NCBI GenBank assembly: GCA_963749495.1 | Contig: CAVVMW010000003.1 | Coordinates: 1-19,967 of the forward strand | Direction: 5' to 3' | Source: an uncultured bacterium | GTDB lineage: Bacteria > Verrucomicrobiota > Verrucomicrobiia > Limisphaerales > UBA8199 | Length of the DNA stretch: 19,967 bases | Shown: in pieces, positions 9,675 to 15,480 of the stretch | Numbering within the stretch: position 1 is the first letter of the stretch | Layout: every line of letters starts with the position of its first letter | Program-made: the position numbers and the translations under genes | Notes under the pieces: model-generated | Databases searched by the model: none | Seen by the model: only the letters and a program-made list of their open reading frames with translations | Told to the model about the DNA's origin: nothing

Positions 9675-9934
9675 GGTGCTATGGCCCTCCCGCCGGTTGG
9701 ATGTTTCTCCTTCCAGCGCTGCCGCAGCAGGTCGTGGAGTCGTTGGCGAAATTCGGCCGGCAATTCGTAGGGCTTGCCCTCCTTGTAGAGCGTGATGGTC
9801 TTGCGGATGGTGTCCACCACGACCTGGCACGGATTGCACCCCGCCAGGTGCCGCTCGAATTCCTCGCAGATGGCTGGGTCAACCGTGCCGTCCACGTATT
9901 CGCCGAGTATGGCGAGCATTTCTTCGCATTTCAT
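9671..9934 (-). CDS. Zinc-binding anti-sigma factor domain protein (zf-HC2/ZAS), soluble, 87 aa
   Basis: MKCEEMLAILGEYVDG...FERHLAGCNPC (HxxxCxxC); no transmembrane helix. Confidence 0.88.
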   Translation of the reverse strand: MKCEEMLAILGEYVDGTVDPAICEEFERHLAGCNPCQVVVDTIRKTITLYKEGKPYELPAEFRQRLHDLLRQRWKEKHPTGGRAIAP

Positions 9935-9954
9935 AGCTTTCGTCCATCTGCCAT

Positions 9955-9980
9955 TGAGCCACGATTGCGAAAAAAGTTAC
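9955..9980 (-). promoter_or_regulatory. Putative ECF sigma promoter GTAAC-N17-CTCA of the anti-sigma/methyltransferase operon
   Basis: Minus strand reads GTAACTTTTTTCGCAATCGTGGCTCA, ending 20 nt before ATG 9934. Matches 7453-7478. Confidence 0.6.
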
Positions 9981-10057
9981 GAAAGTCACGCATCGATCCG
10001 AGCGATTCGGCCTTGACCGGCGCCTGCACTTCCATTTCTGGCGGACCGGCCATCGCA

Positions 10058-10144
10058 CCGGGAGGCGGCGTCCTCGCGCCGATCGAAAGCCCGCTGGCGG
10101 CCTCATCGAGTGCGGCATCAGTCTGAAGGGACCGCGCCTCCCGG
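10058..10144. repeat. Intergenic imperfect long inverted repeat (REP-like)
   Basis: CCGGGAGGCGGCGTCC (10058-10073) / GGACCGCGCCTCCCGG (10129-10144); the outer 10 bp are perfect. Confidence 0.5.
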
Positions 10145-10194
10145 AACTTGCAGGTTGGAGTCTGAAAGGCGATGCCGGGCGGTTGCCCAGGTGC

Positions 10195-10737
10195 TTAGCG
10201 AGTGGCAAGCCAACCTGCGATTTCACCGTCCGGCAACCGGACCACATCATTATCGGTGTAGTGGCGATGGGGTTTCCAACCGCCCGCCAAATGGGCGGTG
10301 GTCGTTTGTCCGGCTTGGATAACGACCGGAACCCTCACCTCGAGCGGGCCGGCGTCGTCCTCTCCCTCAGCCTGGATCTCGTAGCGGCCTGGCGGAAGCG
10401 AGACGAGGGTGGGCTCAGGGTCGTTTTCATTTCGGGCGTTGCGCACCTGTTCGAGGAGCTTGCCGCCTAGGGCGTAAATGGTGTAGTCGGTGTGGGCAGG
10501 CTCATACAGGAACTCATTCTTGCCGAAGTCATCGTCCCACAGCCGCTCCTCCATGTTTGGGTCGACGGTCGCCGGCTTCCGGGCAGAGTACACCTGGAGA
10601 AAACCATCAACCCCGTTCCCCGGGCGCTTCGTCGGCGCCGGCCCTATGGGTTCAAGGACTGCGACTCTCGCAGGCGATGCACACCCCACCAACCAAATCA
10701 AGGCGCCAGTAAGAACTATTGCGTTCGTGTACTTCAT
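10195..10737 (-). CDS. Uncharacterised lipoprotein 2, 180 aa
   Basis: Lipobox LVGC and GAAAGGAA RBS. Shares P(V/I)GPxP, GxLQV, HxDYxIY, LPPGxYxIxA, VPVVI, GWKP and GWxA motifs with lipoprotein 1. Confidence 0.85.
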   Translation of the reverse strand: MKYTNAIVLTGALIWLVGCASPARVAVLEPIGPAPTKRPGNGVDGFLQVYSARKPATVDPNMEERLWDDDFGKNEFLYEPAHTDYTIYALGGKLLEQVRNARNENDPEPTLVSLPPGRYEIQAEGEDDAGPLEVRVPVVIQAGQTTTAHLAGGWKPHRHYTDNDVVRLPDGEIAGWLATR

Positions 10738-10774
10738 GGTCTGTTTTCCTTTCGCTCCGCACGATGCTTGCTTT

Positions 10775-10790
10775 AGCAGGTTCTGTGCCG
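10775..10790 (-). promoter_or_regulatory. Sigma54 (-24/-12) promoter of lipoprotein 2
   Basis: Minus strand reads CGGCACAGAACCTGCT: GG-N10-GC, ending 37 nt before the ATG. Confidence 0.7.
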
Positions 10791-10865
10791 CGGCTGCAGG
10801 AGCCGTCTATAGCCAGTTAGCCACGGCTTTTCGGCGGGGAAAGGCCACGGGCCAGCAGCCAGGCT

Positions 10866-10903
10866 GGAACAATCCGTGCCAGCAGTGGGCTCCGGCGAAC
10901 CAC
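10866..10903 (-). promoter_or_regulatory. Putative enhancer (UAS), tandem TGG-N11-CCA
   Basis: Minus strand reads GTGGTTCGCCGGAGCCCACTGCTGGCACGGATTGTTCC, 76 nt upstream of the -24 GG, as for lipoprotein 1. Confidence 0.6.
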
Positions 10904-11109
10904 ATTGCGGAGGTCGTGCAGAACATAGCACCACACTTCTGGACGGCCTCCCCGATGTATGGCTTTTGGCCGGGTGTCATGGCGCTGTGCCTTTCATTCT
11001 CAACCGTTGATCGCGAGTTGCTCCGGCCTTGCGCTGCTGGAGATGACGAACCAAGGGACGCCTTCACGGCAGCCGCAACTCAAGTGGTTAGTATGGTCAC
11101 TGGGGAGAA

Positions 11110-11170
11110 TTATGAACGGATTTTAATGAACGAAATTTAATGTTGCGTTAATGGCGTTTTGATGAACGAA
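11110..11170 (+). promoter_or_regulatory. AT-rich direct repeats upstream of the response regulator (candidate OmpR-family binding sites)
   Basis: TNATGAACG at 11110, 11124 and 11160; TT(A/G)ATG at 11137, 11148 and 11159 with an 11-bp period. Confidence 0.5.
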
Positions 11171-11217
11171 TGCTACCTTCTCTGCGTCAGAGCATTTACA
11201 TCATGGTCATGTTGCGT

Positions 11218-11898
11218 ATGCGCATGCTGCTAATAGAAGACGACAGAAAGGTCGCAGACTTCGTTGCCCGCGGGCTGCGGGCGGAGCAGTTTTCCTTGGA
11301 GGTGGCCTACGACGGGGCGGTGGGGTGGGAAATGGTTTCCCGGACGCAATACGACCTGATCATTCTCGATCTCATGCTGCCGGGCATCAGTGGCAGCGAA
11401 CTCCTGCGGCGGTTGCGTCAGCAGGGCGGCACGGCCGCGGTGCTGGTCCTGACCGCTCGCGACAGCACTAACGACAAGGTTGAGCTGTTCGAAGCGGGTG
11501 CGGACGACTACCTGACCAAGCCCTTTGCCTTTGCGGAGCTATTGGTGCGCGTGAAGGCGTTGTTGCGCCGGCCACCGAGCGACCGGGCGCATCTGCTGCG
11601 CGTGGCCGACCTCGAGGTCGATCGCCTGACTCAGCAGGCCAGGCGCGCGGGCAAGCGCATCGACCTCACGTCGAAGGAATATGCGCTGCTCGAATACCTG
11701 GCTGCTCACGCCGGCCAGGTGCTCTCGAGAACGATGATTGTCGAGCACGTCTGGGACAAGAGCTTCGAGAATCTCACCAACATCGTGGATGTGTATGTCC
11801 GCCACTTGCGGACCAAGGTGGACGACCCCTTTCCGGTCAAGCTCATTCACACCGTCCGCGGGGCGGGCTACTCAGTCGGCACTGGAGAAGAGACATGA
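11218..11898 (+). CDS. OmpR/PhoB-family response regulator (CusR/CzcR-like)
   Basis: MRMLLIEDD, DLIILDLMLP, LTAR, GADDYLTKPF, LTSKEYALLEYL, NIVDVYVRHLRTKVD, IHTVRGAGY. In-frame ATGs exist upstream, back to 11170. Confidence 0.95.
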   Translation: MRMLLIEDDRKVADFVARGLRAEQFSLEVAYDGAVGWEMVSRTQYDLIILDLMLPGISGSELLRRLRQQGGTAAVLVLTARDSTNDKVELFEAGADDYLTKPFAFAELLVRVKALLRRPPSDRAHLLRVADLEVDRLTQQARRAGKRIDLTSKEYALLEYLAAHAGQVLSRTMIVEHVWDKSFENLTNIVDVYVRHLRTKVDDPFPVKLIHTVRGAGYSVGTGEET

Positions 11899-13385
11899 AC
11901 ACCCGCTCGCTCAAGTTCCAATTGATTGCCTGGTATGCGGGCTTGCTGACGGCGTGTTTTGGCGTGCTCGGGGTGGTCGCGTATCTCGCGCTCCAAAACT
12001 CGCTGGTCGGGGCGCTGAGGGAGAGCCAACTGCGGCGCGCCCGGCAAGTGGCGCAGTTGCTGAGCGAGGAGGTCGAGCATGGGAGGGAGGCCCAGGTAGC
12101 AGCGGAGATTGAGACGCGGTATGCTGCTGGTCTGAACGGGCGGTTTATCCGTGTCACGCGCCAGGATGGAGCCGTGCTCTACCTCTCGTCGGCGCCGCGG
12201 GACCAGAGCTTTGATCCGACAGCCCTGCCGCCTGCGAGTTGGCCAGGTTCTCAGATCGAAGCCGCTCGGCAAGCGCCGCTACTGGGCGCTCGCAAAATGC
12301 TGCTGACAGCGCATGCCCTCCAAACACCCGGCGGGGCCCGTTACTTGATTGAAACCGGCGCGCCTATGGACGAGGTGCAGGCGGATCTACGGCATTGGCT
12401 TGTGTTTTTGTTATCCATGCTGTCGGTGGTGGCGGCGATTGCGCTGGGCGGGGGCTGCGTGCTGGTCAAGCGGGCACTGACCCCGGTGGACCGGATCGCT
12501 GCCAGTGCCGAGCGGATCAGCTCGCACAACCTGAGCGAGCGATTGCCGGTCGCGCAGACGGGCGACGAGCTGGAGCGCCTCACGGTCGCCTTGAATCGCA
12601 TGATCCAACGGTTGGATACGGCATTTCAATACTCGCGCCGGTTTGTGGCGGACGCCTCGCACGAGCTGCGCACGCCGCTGACCGTGCTGCGGGGAGAACT
12701 GGAGAGCTTTGTCAAGGAGCCGCGGTTGACCTCGGAGTGGCGCGACCGTGTGGGCAGCGCGCTCGAGGAGGTGGAGCGCCTGGCCAGCATCGTCGAAGGC
12801 CTCTTCGCCATCTCACGCCTGGATGCGGGTGAAGCCGCCGCGGAATGGGTGCCGTTCGACCTGGCCCAATTGGCGGCATCGACGGCGGATCAGATGTCGT
12901 TGCTGGCCGAGGACAAGCATATCCACGTCACCTGCTCAGGAGCAGCGGGCGTATGGGTGGAAGGTGACCGTGCCCGCTTAAAGCAAGTCGTGGTCAACCT
13001 GCTCGACAATGCCATCAAGTACACTCCCGAAAAAGGCAGGGTCGAATTGCGCGTGGCCGCGTTGGATGGCCACGGCGTGCTGGAAGTGACGGACGATGGC
13101 ATCGGCATTCCAGCCGAGGCCCTGCCGCACATCTTTGATCGCTTTTTCCGCGTGGATAAAGCGCGATCACACCGCGACCCGGGCGGAGCGGGGCTGGGCC
13201 TTTCCATCGTCAAATCGATCTGCACCGCCCACCGCGCTGAGGTGAAGGTTCAGAGCACCCCGGGCCAGGGCAGTTGCTTCCGAGTTGAATTGCCGCTGGC
13301 CAGCCTGCCCAAGAACAACGGCAAACCAAGAACACGACCTCCGCGAGGCAGCAACGCACCTCCACAAGGAACAGACCCGGACTGA
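11895..13385 (+). CDS. Sensor histidine kinase (2 TM, HAMP, HisKA, HATPase; CusS/CzcS-like)
   Basis: FVADASHELRTPL H-box, NLLDNAIKYT, DDGIGI, FDRFFRVD, GAGLGLSI. ATGA overlap with the regulator. Confidence 0.95.
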   Translation: MNTRSLKFQLIAWYAGLLTACFGVLGVVAYLALQNSLVGALRESQLRRARQVAQLLSEEVEHGREAQVAAEIETRYAAGLNGRFIRVTRQDGAVLYLSSAPRDQSFDPTALPPASWPGSQIEAARQAPLLGARKMLLTAHALQTPGGARYLIETGAPMDEVQADLRHWLVFLLSMLSVVAAIALGGGCVLVKRALTPVDRIAASAERISSHNLSERLPVAQTGDELERLTVALNRMIQRLDTAFQYSRRFVADASHELRTPLTVLRGELESFVKEPRLTSEWRDRVGSALEEVERLASIVEGLFAISRLDAGEAAAEWVPFDLAQLAASTADQMSLLAEDKHIHVTCSGAAGVWVEGDRARLKQVVVNLLDNAIKYTPEKGRVELRVAALDGHGVLEVTDDGIGIPAEALPHIFDRFFRVDKARSHRDPGGAGLGLSIVKSICTAHRAEVKVQSTPGQGSCFRVELPLASLPKNNGKPRTRPPRGSNAPPQGTDPD

Positions 13386-13395
13386 GAACACGCCT

Positions 13396-14727
13396 ATGGA
13401 CGATCGAACAGAAAGCCCTGAGAAAGCGGACGCCGCGCAAATCCAACCACCGGTCGGTGAAGCCACAGCCGAGTCAGGGTCGCCGAGGGAAGCGGCCCGG
13501 CGGCCCTTTGGCCGCCTGCTCCGGCGTCTGGATTGGCGCATTGCCGGCGTCGTGCTGCTGGCAGCCATCGCGGTTCCGGTCTGGCTCGCAGCCCGGGCGC
13601 ATGCCCGGTCAGCACCGGCCTCGGTGCCCGCCGAAGCCGCGGCCGTCGCAGTGGCCAAGGTAAGCCGGGAGGATCTCTACAACGAAGTGACCTTCTACGC
13701 GGAATTTCGCGCCTACCTCGAGGTCGAGCTGCACGCCAAGGTCTCGGGCTATGTGCAGGAGATCAAGGTGGATTTCGGCGACCGGGTCAAGGCGGGGCAA
13801 CTCCTGGCCAGGCTGGAAGTTCCGGAGCTGACCAACGAACTGGACCGGGCGAGTGCGGCCCTAAAGCGGGCGGAAGCCCAGTACTGGGTTGCGCACACCA
13901 ATTACACGCGCCTGGTGGAGGTCTCTCAGGAATATACGAACTATACAAACCTGGTGGCCCAGCAGGACTTGGATACAGCCCAGGGGAAGGATCGGATGAC
14001 CCAGGCGGCCATTGCCGGCGCCAAAGCCGAGGTCGACCGCTACCAAACGATGGTGGGCTATACGGCGATCACGGCGCCCTTTGACGGAGTCATCACGCAT
14101 CGCTACGTCGATCCGGGCACGCTGGTCCAGGCCGGCACTACCTCCGATACCCAGGCCTTGCCCGTGGTGCGGCTCTCGGACAATTACCGGCTGCGGCTCG
14201 ATTTCCCGGTCTCGCTGGCTTTTGTGAAGGACATTCGCGAGGGCAACCCGGTGGACGTGCGGGTCCAGTCACTGGGCGGCAAGCGCCTGAAGGGGATCAT
14301 CAAGCGGTTCACGCGAAGGGTCAACGAAGACACCCGGAAAATGACCACGGAGATCGAAGTGCCTAATGCCAATTTGGAACTGACTCCCGGCATGTATGCC
14401 AAGGTGGTGCTCAGGGTGGACCGGCGGTCGCAGGCGCTGGCTATCCCCATGGAGGCGGTTCCCGCGGGTGAGACCAACAGCGTGTACGTGGTCGATGGCA
14501 AGGGTGAAATCGAGGATCGGCCGGTGACCCTCGGGGTGGACACGCCGACGCGGTATGAAGTCGTGGCCGGCTTGCAGGAGGGTGAAATGGTGCTGGTGGG
14601 CCCGCGGTCGCAGCTCACGCCCGGCCAGAAAGTCCGAACCGATCGGACCGGCCCCCTGGCCCAACGATCACCGTCCGCAGCACGAAGCATGAGGCAGCAA
14701 TCAAGAAAGCCAACCGACAAACCCTGA
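13396..14727 (+). CDS. RND periplasmic adaptor (membrane fusion protein)
   Basis: N-terminal TM helix; HAKVSGYV, GDRVKAGQLLARL, ITAPFDGVIT, LTPGMYA. ATG 13396 follows the kinase stop. Confidence 0.92.
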   Translation: MDDRTESPEKADAAQIQPPVGEATAESGSPREAARRPFGRLLRRLDWRIAGVVLLAAIAVPVWLAARAHARSAPASVPAEAAAVAVAKVSREDLYNEVTFYAEFRAYLEVELHAKVSGYVQEIKVDFGDRVKAGQLLARLEVPELTNELDRASAALKRAEAQYWVAHTNYTRLVEVSQEYTNYTNLVAQQDLDTAQGKDRMTQAAIAGAKAEVDRYQTMVGYTAITAPFDGVITHRYVDPGTLVQAGTTSDTQALPVVRLSDNYRLRLDFPVSLAFVKDIREGNPVDVRVQSLGGKRLKGIIKRFTRRVNEDTRKMTTEIEVPNANLELTPGMYAKVVLRVDRRSQALAIPMEAVPAGETNSVYVVDGKGEIEDRPVTLGVDTPTRYEVVAGLQEGEMVLVGPRSQLTPGQKVRTDRTGPLAQRSPSAARSMRQQSRKPTDKP

Positions 14728-15423
14728 ATGAAGTCACCACTGACACCCGAAGAACTGGAGGCCTTGCGGCGGCTGGACGCCTGCACCCTGGCCAACGCCA
14801 TCGAGACCTTTAAGGAGCGCCTGCGCAACGAGGGCTTTATGGACCATAGCGTCTGTTGCCTGTTTCCGCGTTTGCCGCCCATGCTCGGCTACGCGGCGAC
14901 CCTTAAGATCCGGGGCTCGGCGCCGCCCACCACCGATGGAGTCTATCCCAACCGGACCGACTGGTGGGACTATATCCTCTCGCTGCCGGCGCCGCGCGTG
15001 GTGGTGGTGCAGGACATGGCCACGCGCCCCGGCTTGGGTTCGCTGGTCGGCGCCGTGCACATGAACATCCTCCGGACATTGCACTGCAACGGTGTGGTCA
15101 CCAATGGAGCCGTGCGCAACCTTCCGGCCGCCGAGAGCGCCGGCTTTCATTTGTTTGCCGGGGGCGTCTCGGTGTCCCACGCCTACACTCATATTGTCGA
15201 GATTGGGCGAGGGGTCGAGATCGGCGGATTGAAGATCCAATCCGGGGACCTGTTGCACGGCGACTTGCACGGCGTGCAATCGATCCCGCTGGATCTCGCG
15301 GCCCGGATTCCATCCGTGGCCGCCCAAATCACCGCGAAGGACCAGGCGCTGATCGCTCTCTGCCGCTCGGCGGATTTCTCGCTCGAAAAACTGCGCGCCG
15401 CTATCGCCAACGAAAGGTTTTAG
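14728..15423 (+). CDS. RraA / HMG-aldolase-family protein
   Basis: LDACTLANAIE, PMLGYAAT, RVVVVQD, GVVTNGAVR, VEIGGLKIQSGDLLHGDLHGVQSIP. Starts directly after the MFP stop. Confidence 0.88.
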   Translation: MKSPLTPEELEALRRLDACTLANAIETFKERLRNEGFMDHSVCCLFPRLPPMLGYAATLKIRGSAPPTTDGVYPNRTDWWDYILSLPAPRVVVVQDMATRPGLGSLVGAVHMNILRTLHCNGVVTNGAVRNLPAAESAGFHLFAGGVSVSHAYTHIVEIGRGVEIGGLKIQSGDLLHGDLHGVQSIPLDLAARIPSVAAQITAKDQALIALCRSADFSLEKLRAAIANERF

Positions 15424-15480
15424 CCCGCTCCGCCGCTGCACCTGATTTAAGACACTCAACCATCTGGCTCTGCCCTTGCT

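Noticed and set aside
10866..10881. TGGCACGGATTGTTCC as a second sigma54 promoter for lipoprotein 2
   Set aside because: The -12 position is TC, not GC. It is better explained as the second palindrome of the shared 38-bp block.
11110..11170. CRISPR array or other repeat-spacer array
   Set aside because: The repeats are 6-9 bp with 11-14 bp periods, and no cas genes are present. I also recognised no tRNA, rRNA, transposase or integrase in the window.
13933..13950. TATACGAAC/TATACAAAC tandem (YTNYTN) in the right MFP
   Set aside because: A 9-bp micro-duplication at the hairpin tip; too small to support a functional claim.
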